In this document: piece by piece, positions 49,629-60,083 of the stretch
Layout: every line of letters begins with the position of its first letter
Numbering within the stretch: the first letter of the stretch is position 1
Assembly (NCBI GenBank): GCA_035688805.1
Contig: DASSMQ010000006.1
Coordinates: 15,012-79,011, forward strand
Length of the DNA: 64,000 bases
Reading direction: 5' to 3'
DNA from: Candidatus Limnocylindrales bacterium
GTDB lineage: Bacteria > Chloroflexota > Limnocylindria > Limnocylindrales > CSP1-4
Notes under the pieces: generated by a model
Database searches by the model: none
The model's input: only the letters and a program-made list of their open reading frames with translations
Told to the model about the DNA's origin: nothing
Program-made: the position numbers and the translations under genes

Positions 49629-50063
49629 TTACTGCACCCGAAGGATCGTCTTGGCGTCCGACCAGTGCTTCTCGAGGCCGTAATAGTCGCGTTCGGGCGG
49701 GGTGAAGATGTGGACGATCACCGAACCGAAGTCGATCAGGACCCAGTGCGATGCGGCCGTCCCTTCGCGACCGATCGGTCGCACCCGGTCGTCGCGCAGG
49801 GAGGAGACGATGCCATCGGCGATGGCCTCGAGCTGCCGCTCGGAACCGCCGGAGCAGATCACGAAGTAGTCGGCGAGGGTCGTCAGCGGGCCGAGCTCGA
49901 GGAGGACGATATCGGCCGCCTTCTTGTCTTCCGCCAGCTCGACGACCCGACGGGCCAGGTCGAGCGCTGCACGTTCGTCCATGGGTGCGGGCGCCCGGAC
50001 GTCGCGACGGGGTAGCCCGTCGGCACTCGGGGCGATGGCGTTCGGCAGCGCGGGTTCGGTCAC
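49629..50063 (-). CDS. rsfS: ribosome silencing factor RsfS (Iojap)
   Basis: It has the LLELGPLTTLADYFVICSGGSERQLEAIAD motif. The GTG start overlaps the nadD stop (GTGA). An alternative Met start lies at 49982. Confidence 0.8.
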   Translation of the reverse strand: MTEPALPNAIAPSADGLPRRDVRAPAPMDERAALDLARRVVELAEDKKAADIVLLELGPLTTLADYFVICSGGSERQLEAIADGIVSSLRDDRVRPIGREGTAASHWVLIDFGSVIVHIFTPPERDYYGLEKHWSDAKTILRVQ

Positions 50064-50707
50064 GATCGATGGTCCCTCCGTGGATCCTGATACAGGCCAT
50101 GGTCGCCGATATACGTCGCGACCGCATCCGGAACGAGATAGCGAACGGAACGTCCTGCGGCGGCGCGATCGCGGATCTCCGATGCCGACAGCCGCATCCG
50201 CGGCCCGTCCAGGAACCCGATCGCGGCCGGCGCCCTGGGAAAGCGGGCGGCGATGAGGCCCTCATCCGCGTCGGGATAGCCGTCGCGCGGCACGACGATC
50301 ACGTCGGCGAGCTCGAGGATCCGCGCCGGGTCGCGCCACGTCGGCAGTTCCGCGTAGGACTCGGCCGAAAGGATCAAGGCCAGCGGCTCATCCGGTTCGC
50401 GCGCCCGCAGCGCTGCGAGCGTGTCGACGGTGTATGAGGGTCCGTCGCGATCGATCTCGATCCGACTCATCTCGAATGCCGCGTTGCCGGCGATCGCGGC
50501 CTGGACCATGGCGAGCCGATCCTCGGCCGCGGTGATGGAGACGCCGGGCTTGTGGGGAGGTCGCGCGGCGACCACGAACAGCACCCGCCGCAACGCGAAG
50601 GCGTCGCGGGCCGCCTCGGCGATGGCCAGGTGAGCGAGATGGATCGGGTCGAACGTCCCGCCGAAGACCCCGGTCGCGCCCCGGAGACGTCGTGGGTCCC
50701 GCTTCAC
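50060..50707 (-). CDS. nadD: nicotinate-nucleotide adenylyltransferase
   Basis: It has the GVFGGTFDPIHLAHL (H/T)xGH motif. The GTG start overlaps the obgE stop (GTGA). Confidence 0.88.
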   Translation of the reverse strand: MKRDPRRLRGATGVFGGTFDPIHLAHLAIAEAARDAFALRRVLFVVAARPPHKPGVSITAAEDRLAMVQAAIAGNAAFEMSRIEIDRDGPSYTVDTLAALRAREPDEPLALILSAESYAELPTWRDPARILELADVIVVPRDGYPDADEGLIAARFPRAPAAIGFLDGPRMRLSASEIRDRAAAGRSVRYLVPDAVATYIGDHGLYQDPRRDHRS

Positions 50708-51999
50708 CGCTGCTCCCAGGGCTGCGCCTCCCACTCCAGCTCGGTGGCACCGATGCGGACGAGGTCGCCGGCCGCGACGCCGGCCCGACGCAGTTCCACG
50801 TCGATGCCGAGGCGAGCCAGGTCGCGCTGGAAGCGCTCGGCCGATTCCTCGATCTCGAAGTCGGTCTGGGCGGCGATGCGCTCGATGCGCTTGCCGCGGA
50901 CCCGGAACGCGCCGTCCTCGTCGCGCTCCACGAGGAAGCCATCGCCCATGGCGTCGATGCGGTGGACGACGACGCCGGACGGCTCGGGTGGTTCAGCGAG
51001 CTCCTCCGCCGTGGGGAGCAGGCCGGCGACGTGGGCCCGGAACGTGGCGAGGCCCTCCCCGGTCGAGGCGGCGATGGCGACCGCATCGCGACCCTCTGCT
51101 CGCCGCGCGCGGGCGAATGCCGGCCAGGCGGCCTGGGCCGCCGGGAGGTCGACCTTGTTGAAGGCGATGAGGGTCGGCTTTTCGAGGAGCGCCGGATCGT
51201 GGGCGTGCAGCTCGTCTCGGATGACGTCGTAGTCCCATTGCGGATCGCGCGCTGCGCCGTCGACGACGTGGACCAGGACCCGGGTCCGCTCGACGTGGCG
51301 CAGGAAGGCATGGCCGAGGCCAGCCCCGGTCGACGCTCCCTCGATCAGACCGGGTACGTCGGCGATGGTCGGGCGGCGTTCGTCATCCTCGCCCAGCTCC
51401 ATCACCCCCAGGTTCGGCTCGAGGGTCGTGAACGGATAGTCGGCGATCTTGGGCTGGGCCGCCGTGACCGCGGCGAGGAGCGTCGATTTGCCCGCGTTCG
51501 GCAGCCCGACCAGACCGATATCGGCGATCAGCCGAAGCTCGAGGCGGAGCCAGCGCTCCTCGCCGGGCTCGCCCTTCTGAGCATGGCGCGGCGCCTGGTG
51601 GGTGGCGGTCTTGAAATGGGTATTGCCGAGGCCACCCCGGCCGCCCCGAGCCACCATCGCGTGCTGGCCCACGGCCACAAGATCGGCCAGCAGCTCGCCA
51701 CTCCCGTCGTCGATGACGGCGGTCCCCGGCGGCACCTCGAGGATCAGGTCATCGCCGGACGCCCCGTGCCGCCGGGACCGCGTGCCACGACCGCCGGGGG
51801 TGGCTTTGAAATGGTGCCGGTACTGGAAGTCACGGAGCGTGGTCTGACCTGGATCGACGCGCAGATGGACCGACCCACCGCGGCCACCGTCACCCCCGTC
51901 GGGGCCGCCGCGAGGGACGTGCGCCTCGCGACGGAACGTCGCCGCGCCGTTGCCGCCATCGCCGGCGCGGACCCAGATCTTCACGCGGTCGAGGAACAT
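50704..51999 (-). CDS. obgE: GTPase ObgE/CgtA with a C-terminal OCT domain
   Basis: 431 aa. It has the Obg fold N-terminus FLDRVKIWVRAGDGGNG, the G-domain motifs GLPNAGKST and DVPGLIEGA, and an Obg_CT. Confidence 0.95.
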   Translation of the reverse strand: MFLDRVKIWVRAGDGGNGAATFRREAHVPRGGPDGGDGGRGGSVHLRVDPGQTTLRDFQYRHHFKATPGGRGTRSRRHGASGDDLILEVPPGTAVIDDGSGELLADLVAVGQHAMVARGGRGGLGNTHFKTATHQAPRHAQKGEPGEERWLRLELRLIADIGLVGLPNAGKSTLLAAVTAAQPKIADYPFTTLEPNLGVMELGEDDERRPTIADVPGLIEGASTGAGLGHAFLRHVERTRVLVHVVDGAARDPQWDYDVIRDELHAHDPALLEKPTLIAFNKVDLPAAQAAWPAFARARRAEGRDAVAIAASTGEGLATFRAHVAGLLPTAEELAEPPEPSGVVVHRIDAMGDGFLVERDEDGAFRVRGKRIERIAAQTDFEIEESAERFQRDLARLGIDVELRRAGVAAGDLVRIGATELEWEAQPWEQR

Positions 52000-52056
52000 C
52001 GCGGCATTCTCGCACGGCGTCCGGGCGGGCCCGGACCGGCATCTCGCGCGGTTCGC

Positions 52057-53289
52057 CTAGAGATAGGCGAGCGGATTGACCCTCGTGCCGCCGTCCCATA
52101 CCCGCCCGCGCCAGACCTCGAAGTGGAGGTGCGAGCCGGTCGCGTTGCCGGTCGCGCCCATCCGGCCGACGCGCTGGCCGCGACTCACCGTCTGTCCCCG
52201 CCCGACCGAGACGCTCGACATGTGGTTGTACGTCGTGTACAGGTTCGATCCGTGGGAGATCCAGACCTGGTACCCACCGCCGTTGTCTTTCCAGCCGGCG
52301 AAGATCACCGTGCCGGAGGCGGCTGCCCAGATCGGATCGCCGGTGTTGCCGTCGATGTCGATGGCGTAATGGCCGTAATGGAAGTACTGGCTGATATGCC
52401 GGCTGGTGGTCGGCCACATGAGCCGGCCGCCGGTGTAGGTCCGCGGTTGCTGGACCGAGCTGCCACCGGAGACCCGAGTCGACCGGCTCACCACTCGTGG
52501 TGCGGACGTCGCTCGTGGGCGCGCCTTGGGCTCCGCGATCCGGGCGCCACGAGCGCCGGGGAGCATCAGGACCTGGCCGACGACGAGGTTCCGGTCGGTG
52601 AGCCCGTTCGTGGCCAGGATGTCGTCAGCGGTGACCTCATAGCGGGCCGCGATCGCATCGAGGGTGTCGGCGGCCGTGACCTCGATGACCAGGCCGTTGA
52701 CCGGCGGGATGCGCAACTGCTGGCCGACGACGAGCCGATCCTTGGACTTGAGCTTGTTCGCCCACCACAGGGTCATCATCGAAACCTTGAACTTGCGCGC
52801 GATCGTGGCAAGCGTGTCGCCCGACCGGACCTTGTACTGGCGCATGAGGTCGCTGCCGTCCGGCACCGCGGTATCGACCGCGACGGGCTTCAGGAGCGTG
52901 CCATCAGCAAGGAAGGGGCCGAAGACCACCGGCGCGCGCTGGGCGGCGAGGACGGCTTCTGCCGGCATGCCGACCGGTTCGGCGACGTCGATGCCGTAGG
53001 CCTTGCGGACCGCGATCTCGCTCGGGTCCGGGCCCACATAGGCCGACGTGTCGATGTAGTCCTCTTGCACGGAGCCGACGTCGCTCCCGTCGCCGGAAGC
53101 GCCGATCGTCAGGCGCGGAGACAGGCCGTCGCCGGATGTGCCGCCGGTCGCTCCCGAGGATCGGACTGGGGTGACGCTCAGGAACGACGCACCGAGGACG
53201 ATCCCCGCGACGGCGACGGCGACCAGGCGCTCATGGCCGAGCTCTCGCGCGATCCGTCGGATGGGGATCGTTCGCAACGCGTGGCGCAT
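52057..53289 (-). CDS. M23-family metallopeptidase with two LysM domains and an N-terminal signal anchor
   Basis: The LysM repeats are YKVRSGDTLATIARKF and VTAADTLDAIAARYEV. The M23 domain is HYAIDIDGNTGDPIWAAASGTV...HLHFEV. ORF 52057..53682 is trimmed to MRHALRT; alternative starts at 53427 and 53439 are possible. Confidence 0.82.
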   Translation of the reverse strand: MRHALRTIPIRRIARELGHERLVAVAVAGIVLGASFLSVTPVRSSGATGGTSGDGLSPRLTIGASGDGSDVGSVQEDYIDTSAYVGPDPSEIAVRKAYGIDVAEPVGMPAEAVLAAQRAPVVFGPFLADGTLLKPVAVDTAVPDGSDLMRQYKVRSGDTLATIARKFKVSMMTLWWANKLKSKDRLVVGQQLRIPPVNGLVIEVTAADTLDAIAARYEVTADDILATNGLTDRNLVVGQVLMLPGARGARIAEPKARPRATSAPRVVSRSTRVSGGSSVQQPRTYTGGRLMWPTTSRHISQYFHYGHYAIDIDGNTGDPIWAAASGTVIFAGWKDNGGGYQVWISHGSNLYTTYNHMSSVSVGRGQTVSRGQRVGRMGATGNATGSHLHFEVWRGRVWDGGTRVNPLAYL

Positions 53290-53734
53290 GCCTGCGATCG
53301 TCGGCAGGGTCAGGCGCCGGGAACGGCGGATCGGATGCGCGAAGCGGCGTGCGCCCGGAGTCTGTCGAGGACCTGACGACACGATGCCTCGAACGGTCAC
53401 CCGTCGGGGGACGGGGAGCGAGGCCATGGTCGGGTCCATATGAGGTCGGCGCAGTCGTCCGAGGACGCGCTGGACGCCGACCGACGCGTTCAGCAATACG
53501 GTCTCCTGGCGTGAGGACGAGCCCGGGCGCGTGGGGGGAAAGCGCGGGGATGGGGGTGGTGGGCCCGTCCGGGGTCGCGGTATCGAGGCTGGGGGTTCTC
53601 GCTTCGCGGCCGCGTCCGACATCTCGTCGGGCTTACGACATCGGGCGAAACCTACCACGCACCTTGCACCTGTGGCAAACACGGGGTCCGTGAACGCACG
53701 ATATCCGGTGCGTGAACGAGACGGCCGTGTGGGA

Positions 53735-55135
53735 TCAGGCCTCCAGGTTCTTGGTCAGCGACGCCAGGAACTCGGCATTCGACTGGGACTTCGAAAGGCG
53801 ATTGAGCAGGATCTCGATGCCTTCGTTCGGGCCGACCGCCGAGAGCATCCGGCGCATGGTCCAGACCATCTTGAGCGTGCCTTCTTCGAGCAGCAGCTCT
53901 TCGCGGCGTGTGCCGGAGCGCTGCACGTCGATCGACGGGAAGATCCGCTTCTCGGCCAGCTTCCGGTCGAGGATGAGTTCGGAGTTGCCGGTCCCCTTGA
54001 ATTCCTCGTAGATCACGTCATCCATGCGCGAGCCGGTGTCGACCAGACACGTGCCGATGATCGTCAGGGAGCCGCCCTCCTCGATGTTGCGCGCAGCACC
54101 GAAGAAGCGCTTCGGTGGGTAGAGCGCGATCGGGTCGAGGCCGCCCGAGAGCGTGCGCCCGCTCGGCGGCAGCGCGAGGTTGTACGCGCGCGCCAGGCGC
54201 GTGATCGAGTCGAGCAGGATCACCACGTCGCGCCCTGTCTCGACCTGGCGCTTGGCGATCTCGAGCGCCATCTCGGCCACATGCGTGTGGTTCTCGGTCG
54301 GCTCGTCGAAGGTCGAGCTGATGACCTCGCCCTTGACGCTCCGGCGCATGTCCGTGACTTCCTCGGGCCGCTCGCCGATGAGCGCGACCATGAGCAGGAT
54401 CTCGGGATAGTTCGCGCTGACCCCGTTGGCGATCTGCTTGAGCAGCATCGTCTTGCCGGCCTTCGGCGGGCTCACGATCAGTGCGCGCTGCCCCTTGCCA
54501 AGCGGGTTGACCAGATTGATCAACCGCTGACTGAGGTTCTTGGGGTCCGTCTCGAGGTTGATGAGTTCGTCGGGGTGGACCGGGGTCAGGTCGTTGAAGA
54601 CGGGCCGCCGCCGGGCCGTATCGGTGTCGACGCCGTTGACGCTGTCGACCCGGAGCATGCCCCAGTACTTTTCCGCCTCGCGCGGCGCGCGGACGGCGCC
54701 CGAGATCCGGTCGCCGATGCGCAGTCCGAACCGACGCACCTGGCTCGAGCTGACGTAGACGTCCTCGGGGCTCGGCAGCAGGCCATGGCGGCGCATGAAG
54801 CCGAAGCCCTCATCGACGATGTCGAGGATGCCACTCGCGTACGCGTGGCCGGCGTTCTCGGTCTGACGCTGCAGGATGCGGTCGACCAGATCGTCCTTGC
54901 GCTCGCCGGATCCGGTGTCGAGCTCGAGGTCGCGGCCGATCTGGCGAAGTTCGGTGACGCTCATCTCGCGCAGGTCGCTGATGTCGAGATCGTTCCGCTC
55001 GCGTGCGGCTTCGAGCTCCTGCTGCTCCTCGTACTCGGTGACGGGGGCACGGAACGTTGACTGGCCGCGCCGACGCGGACGTCGGTTGCGGGAACGCTGG
55101 TCTTGGCCGGGGCCGGGCATCTGGATTGGGGTCAC
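53735..55135 (-). CDS. rho: transcription termination factor Rho
   Basis: 466 aa. It has an Arg-rich N-terminus, an RNA-binding domain and a RecA-like ATPase ([15 protein letters not shown]). It is followed by a ~340-nt upstream leader. Confidence 0.97.
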   Translation of the reverse strand: MTPIQMPGPGQDQRSRNRRPRRRGQSTFRAPVTEYEEQQELEAARERNDLDISDLREMSVTELRQIGRDLELDTGSGERKDDLVDRILQRQTENAGHAYASGILDIVDEGFGFMRRHGLLPSPEDVYVSSSQVRRFGLRIGDRISGAVRAPREAEKYWGMLRVDSVNGVDTDTARRRPVFNDLTPVHPDELINLETDPKNLSQRLINLVNPLGKGQRALIVSPPKAGKTMLLKQIANGVSANYPEILLMVALIGERPEEVTDMRRSVKGEVISSTFDEPTENHTHVAEMALEIAKRQVETGRDVVILLDSITRLARAYNLALPPSGRTLSGGLDPIALYPPKRFFGAARNIEEGGSLTIIGTCLVDTGSRMDDVIYEEFKGTGNSELILDRKLAEKRIFPSIDVQRSGTRREELLLEEGTLKMVWTMRRMLSAVGPNEGIEILLNRLSKSQSNAEFLASLTKNLEA

Positions 55136-55474
55136 CTACGCGTGCGTGGCGGGTCGGACTCGCATAGCCTGGGCTGCGGTCCGGGTCGCTGGGGCCCGAA
55201 GCGGGTGTGCGCGCGGAATCGCTGCCGCTGCGCGGGACCGGTCGGGATGTGCGGAGCATAGCCCCGGCCGGAATCGGCGTCAATGCGGGTGGCCAGTACC
55301 TCCGTCCCTCTCGGCCCACGTTCGCCGATGTCGGAGCCGGTCGCCTGCGGCACGGCTCGTCGGCACTGGCCCGCTCGATGCGCCACGGACCGGTCCTCGC
55401 CATCGACGCTCGTCTCGGCCACGATAGGCGGGCGCGATCTCGACCCATCCCGCGAACCGCAGGAGCCACCACGC

Positions 55475-55900
55475 ATGCGAACCAACCTGACGATCGACGA
55501 TCTCGGTGGACTCCTCGATCAACCACTCATCGCGGTCCTGGCCACCCGGCGACAGGACGACACGGTCATGCTCTCGCCGGTCTGGTTCGAGTGGTTCGAG
55601 GGTGGGATCAACATCTGGGTCCCGACGATCGAGGGTGGCAAGGTCGCCCACGTCCGACGCGACCCGCGGGTGACCGTCGTCGTGGCCAACCAGGCCTGGC
55701 CATACAAGGGCTTCGAGCTGCGCGGCGAGGCCACGGTCTCGACGGACCCCGATGCCTTCTACGGGACGCTGGGCCGCACGGGCTTGCGCTACAGCGGTCC
55801 CGAGGCCGCCGAGCGGATGGTCCGCGAGTACGCACCCGGCGCCGTCATCCGACTCGAGCCGGGGACGATCCGGGCGTGGGACTACGAAGACGAGGCCTGA
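55475..55900 (+). CDS. pyridoxamine 5'-phosphate oxidase family protein (PPOX class, probably F420/FMN-binding split barrel)
   Basis: An AGGAG RBS sits 9 nt before the ATG. It has the split-barrel motifs ...IAVLATRRQDDTVMLSPVWFEW... Confidence 0.7.
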   Translation: MRTNLTIDDLGGLLDQPLIAVLATRRQDDTVMLSPVWFEWFEGGINIWVPTIEGGKVAHVRRDPRVTVVVANQAWPYKGFELRGEATVSTDPDAFYGTLGRTGLRYSGPEAAERMVREYAPGAVIRLEPGTIRAWDYEDEA

Positions 55901-55980
55901 ACAACGGCGCGCTCCACGACATGTCGTGACCGCTCGAATGAGCGCTTGCCACCCACATGCGCAACGACTAGGGTCATCGG

Positions 55981-56964
55981 GTGGCTCCCGTCCAGCGTCC
56001 GGTCCTCGCACTCCAGGTCGCGCGGCTCTTCTTCGACCGGCGGATGACGCGCATCGAGATCGCCGCCCAGCTCGGGATCTCGCGCTTCCGCGTCGCTCGA
56101 CTGCTCGACGGCGCCCTCGCTGACGGTCTCGTCCGCGTCGAGTACCGCGATCTGCCGATCGAGGACCGCGACGTCGCCAGACGGCTCGAGGACCGGTTCG
56201 GACTCGGCCTGTGCGCGGTAGCGGCCGACGGTCCGAGCCCGACCGCCGGCGCGGTCGCGGAACTCGCGGGCTCGCTGCTCGATGGGCTCATCGGCCAGGA
56301 CGAGACCGTCGGTATCGCGTGGGGCTCGACGCTGGCGGCCGTGGTCGCCGCGGTGCCACCGCGCCACGATCCGTCGATCCGGGTGGTCCAGCTCGCCGGG
56401 TCCTCCAGCCGGCTGGTCGGAGGGCGCGATGCCGGGGAACTGACTCGGGCCCTGGCCGCGCGACTCGGTGCTGCTCACCATGCGATCTACGCCCCGGCCG
56501 TGGTCGACTCCGCCATCGTCCGCGAGGCACTCGTCCGGGCGCCCGAGGTCGCCGACGCGGTGGGTCGGTTCGACGACATCAGCCTGGCGGTCGTCGGCAT
56601 CGGGGTGATCCCCGCGGACGGGGTCACACCCGCGTCATCGCTGATTCGATCCGGAGCGCTCGATGCGGCGGACATCCGACGGATGGTCGACCTCGGCGCG
56701 GTCGGCGAGCTCGTGGTCCATCCGTTCGATCTCGACGGCCGATTCGTCGACGCGGCGCTGGCGGCTCGCGCGATCGCCATCGACATCGATCGGCTGCGAG
56801 CGATCGGCCGCGTCGTCGCGGTCGCATGGGGAGTCGACAAGGCGACGGCCATCCGGGGTGCCCTGCGGTCGGGCGTCGTGGACATGCTGGTGACGGACGC
56901 TCGGACCGCCGCGGCCGTCCTCGAGGTCGATGATCAGCTCCGCTCGGCGACCCTCGATGGCTGA
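55981..56964 (+). CDS. SorC/DeoR-family sugar-binding transcriptional regulator
   Basis: It has an N-terminal HTH (MTRIEIAAQLGISRFRVARLL) and a SorC sugar-binding domain (VGIAWGSTL...). Confidence 0.8.
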   Translation: MAPVQRPVLALQVARLFFDRRMTRIEIAAQLGISRFRVARLLDGALADGLVRVEYRDLPIEDRDVARRLEDRFGLGLCAVAADGPSPTAGAVAELAGSLLDGLIGQDETVGIAWGSTLAAVVAAVPPRHDPSIRVVQLAGSSSRLVGGRDAGELTRALAARLGAAHHAIYAPAVVDSAIVREALVRAPEVADAVGRFDDISLAVVGIGVIPADGVTPASSLIRSGALDAADIRRMVDLGAVGELVVHPFDLDGRFVDAALAARAIAIDIDRLRAIGRVVAVAWGVDKATAIRGALRSGVVDMLVTDARTAAAVLEVDDQLRSATLDG

Positions 56965-57757
56965 CCGACTCCGGGGACGGACGCTGCTCGTGACCGGCTC
57001 CACGGGCATCGCGGCCGCGACCGCCGTGCGCGCGGCGACCGAGGGCGCCCGAGTGTTCGTGATCTCGCGCGCAGCAGATCACGCAGCAGCGCTCGCCGAC
57101 CGTGTCGCAGGTGGGTGGGCCGCGGCCGATCTGACCGATGAGTCGGCCGTCGATGCCGCGGTTCGCGCTGCCATGGATCATCTCGGCCGGATCGACGCCG
57201 CCTTTTCGGCGGCCGGCGGGAGCGGCCGTCGATTCGGCGACGGTCCGATCCACGAGCTCACAGCTGCGGCGTGGGAGGCAACGGCCGGCTTGAACCTCCG
57301 AACCCAGGTCCTCGTCTGCGGCCGGGTCATCCGCGCGATGCGCGAGCAAGCGCTCGACGCGGACGGCGGTCGCGGATCCCTCCTGCTCCTCGGTAGCGTG
57401 ACGGCGACCGCACCCGTGCCCGAGTGGTTCGGGACCCACGCCTATGCGACCGCCAAGGGGGCACTGACCGCCCTGATGACCTCGCTCGCAGCGACCTACA
57501 TCGCGGACCGGATCCGGGTGAACCTCCTCGTGCCCTCGCTGACCGCGACGCCGATGGCGGCGCGAGCCGCTGCCGACGCGCGGATCCTCGCCTATGCCGC
57601 CCGCAAGCAGCCGCTGGCGGGGCCGATGCTCGACCCCGACGAGGTGGCCAAGGCGGCGCTCTTCTTCCTGTCCGACGAGTCGCGGGCCGTCACCGGCCAG
57701 TCGCTGGCCGTCGATGGTGGCTGGTCCATCGTGTCGACCGGCGCGGAGCTGACGTGA
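56957..57757 (+). CDS. SDR-family oxidoreductase
   Basis: It has the TGSTGIAAATA Rossmann motif and the catalytic YATAK. The ATG overlaps the regulator's stop. Confidence 0.85.
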   Translation: MADRLRGRTLLVTGSTGIAAATAVRAATEGARVFVISRAADHAAALADRVAGGWAAADLTDESAVDAAVRAAMDHLGRIDAAFSAAGGSGRRFGDGPIHELTAAAWEATAGLNLRTQVLVCGRVIRAMREQALDADGGRGSLLLLGSVTATAPVPEWFGTHAYATAKGALTALMTSLAATYIADRIRVNLLVPSLTATPMAARAAADARILAYAARKQPLAGPMLDPDEVAKAALFFLSDESRAVTGQSLAVDGGWSIVSTGAELT

Positions 57758-59103
57758 CCAGCGATCGATGGCCGCTCATCGCCGATGTCGACGTGGGCAT
57801 CGTGGGCGGTGGCTCGGCGGGGTCCACTGCCGCGATCGCTGCGGCCCGGCAGGGCGCGTCGGTCCTGCTTATCGATCGACTGCCCTTCCTGGGCGGCACG
57901 AGCACGGCGGTCCTCGACACGTTCTACGGCTTCGTCACCCCCGGTGAGCGGCCGCGCAAGGTGGTCGGCGGCGTGGCCGACGAGATCGTCGCCGGCCTGC
58001 GCCGACTCGGGCCGGTCGTCGAGCGACCCAACACGTACGGCGCGGGGACCGGGATCACCTATCTACCGGATCACCTGAAGGTGGTGTGGGAGGACGCGGT
58101 GGCCGGTTCCGGATCCCGGGTCCTGCTGCATGCGATGCTCCAGGAGGCGGACGTCGCCGACGGCCGGGTCCGGTCGGTCCTGGTCGCGACCCGCGGCGGC
58201 CTCGTGCGGATCCGCGCGCGGGTGTTCATCGATGCGTCCGGCGACGCCGACCTATGCGCCGCCGCCAACCTTGGCTACGAGATCGCCGGCGCCGTCGAGC
58301 CCGCCCAGACGCTGACGACCACGTTCCGGATGACCAACGTGGACCTCGAACGGCGACGAACAGTGTCGAAGGCCGATCTCCATGCGCGCATGGCCGACGC
58401 TGCGGCAAGCGGCGACTACGACCTGCCGCGGCGGGATGGCAGCGACCACGTCACGCCGATCGACGGCGTCATGGCGACGGTCATGACTCGCCTCGCGTCG
58501 ACGCGCGCGGGGCTCGACGGGCACTTGGTCGACGTCACCGATCCATGGTTCCTGACCGAGGTGGAGATGGCGGGACGCCGCCAGGTGCTCGACTATGTCC
58601 GCTTCCTGCGCGATCGCGTCCCGGGCTATGAGGACGCCTCGCTGGTCGGGGTCGGAACCCAGATCGGGGTGCGCGAGACACGGCGGGTCTTCGGGGATGC
58701 GCGCCTCACGGGCGACGACGTCCTCGCTGCCCGCCAGTTCGACGATCAGATCGGCCTGTGCGGCGCCCCGATCGAGGACCACCATCCCGGCAGTGACACG
58801 GCCTGGCGCTACCTGCCCGAGGGCCGGGCCGTGGGGATCCCGTATCGAGCGTTGGTCGTGCGCGACGCGGCGAACGTCCTCGTCGCGGGCCGCTGCTTCA
58901 GCGCGACCCACGAGGCGCATGCCGCGGTCCGCTCGATGGCCCAGTGCATGGCGATGGGCCAGGCGGCCGGGACGGCCGCCGCGATCGCGGTCGGCGATGG
59001 CGTCGACCCGCGCGAGATCGACGCGACCGCGCTGCGCGACGCGCTTCGGCGCGATGGCGCCGTCGTCGACCTCGATCGGGCGCCGGCATGGGTGGCGGCA
59101 TGA
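57754..59103 (+). CDS. FAD-dependent oxidoreductase (FAD_oxidored/PF12831-like)
   Basis: The GTG start overlaps the SDR TGA (GTGA). It has the dinucleotide motif VGIVGGGSAGSTAAIAAARQG. Confidence 0.8.
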   Translation: MTSDRWPLIADVDVGIVGGGSAGSTAAIAAARQGASVLLIDRLPFLGGTSTAVLDTFYGFVTPGERPRKVVGGVADEIVAGLRRLGPVVERPNTYGAGTGITYLPDHLKVVWEDAVAGSGSRVLLHAMLQEADVADGRVRSVLVATRGGLVRIRARVFIDASGDADLCAAANLGYEIAGAVEPAQTLTTTFRMTNVDLERRRTVSKADLHARMADAAASGDYDLPRRDGSDHVTPIDGVMATVMTRLASTRAGLDGHLVDVTDPWFLTEVEMAGRRQVLDYVRFLRDRVPGYEDASLVGVGTQIGVRETRRVFGDARLTGDDVLAARQFDDQIGLCGAPIEDHHPGSDTAWRYLPEGRAVGIPYRALVVRDAANVLVAGRCFSATHEAHAAVRSMAQCMAMGQAAGTAAAIAVGDGVDPREIDATALRDALRRDGAVVDLDRAPAWVAA

Positions 59104-60083
59104 CGGCCGCGCGGTTCGTTCGAACCGTGCTCGGCGATATCGACCCGGTCGAGCTCGGGGTGACGTACGCCCACGAGCACCTGGTCATCGACGGCGGCCG
59201 CCCCGTTCTGATGGAACCCGACTTCGATCTCGCCGACGTCGACGCGATGGTCGCCGAGGTCGGCGCGGCCGTCGATCTCGGGCTGGGCGCGGTCGTCGAC
59301 GCGATGCCCTGCGATGCCGGTCGCAATGCCGCCAAGCTCGCGGAGATCTCGCGGCGCACCGGCGTGCAGGTCATCGCATCGACGGGATTGCACCACGAGC
59401 GCTACTACGGACCCGCCCATTGGTCGCATCGGATCGACGTCGAGGAGCTGGCCGACTTGTTCGTGGCCGACATCGAGATGGGCATCGACGCCAACGACTA
59501 CTCGGGTCCCGTCGTCCACCGGATGGCCCACCGCGCCGGCGTCATCAAGGTGGCCGGATCCGCGGGCGGCCTGTCCGACCGGGACCGACCGGTCTTCGAG
59601 GCGGCGGCGGCGGCACATCACCGCACGGGCGCCCCGATCCTGACCCACTGCGAGGGTGGGACCGGCGCCCTCGAGCAGGTGGCCTACCTGCTCGACCGGG
59701 GAGTCGAACCGGATGGCCTCGCCCTGAGCCACGTCGACAAGGTCCTTGACCGCGGCTATCACCGCGACCTGCTGGCCACCGGCGCGACGGCCGAGTACGA
59801 CGGCAGCTTCCGCTGGGGCGACGCACCGAACGGGACGCTCCAGTTGCTCGAGTGGATGACCGAGGACGGCCTCTCGGATCGGATCGTCCTCGGCATGGAC
59901 GCCGCGCGACGGGGCTACTACGCGGTGTACGGTGGGACACCGGGCCTGCGCTGGCTGCTCGACGGCTTCTCGTCGGCGATGGATGCGCGCGGCCTCGGAC
60001 CAGAGCTGCGGCACCGCTGGTTCGTCGAGGTCCCGGCCCGCGTCTTCTCGTTCGGCGCTGTCGATGGAGGGCCTACTGCATGA
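59100..60083 (+). CDS. phosphotriesterase-family (PTE/PHP-like) metal-dependent hydrolase; possible lactonase
   Basis: The ATG overlaps the upstream TGA (ATGA). It has the HEHL metal-binding start and a (beta/alpha)8 amidohydrolase-superfamily PTE signature. Confidence 0.82.
   Translation: MTAARFVRTVLGDIDPVELGVTYAHEHLVIDGGRPVLMEPDFDLADVDAMVAEVGAAVDLGLGAVVDAMPCDAGRNAAKLAEISRRTGVQVIASTGLHHERYYGPAHWSHRIDVEELADLFVADIEMGIDANDYSGPVVHRMAHRAGVIKVAGSAGGLSDRDRPVFEAAAAAHHRTGAPILTHCEGGTGALEQVAYLLDRGVEPDGLALSHVDKVLDRGYHRDLLATGATAEYDGSFRWGDAPNGTLQLLEWMTEDGLSDRIVLGMDAARRGYYAVYGGTPGLRWLLDGFSSAMDARGLGPELRHRWFVEVPARVFSFGAVDGGPTA

Noticed and set aside
55136-55474. ORFs in the 340-nt region upstream of rho (for example 55132..55485, 55207..55929)
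   Set aside because: They are Arg/Pro-rich low-complexity. The region is more plausibly the long rho 5' leader and the PPOX-gene promoter.
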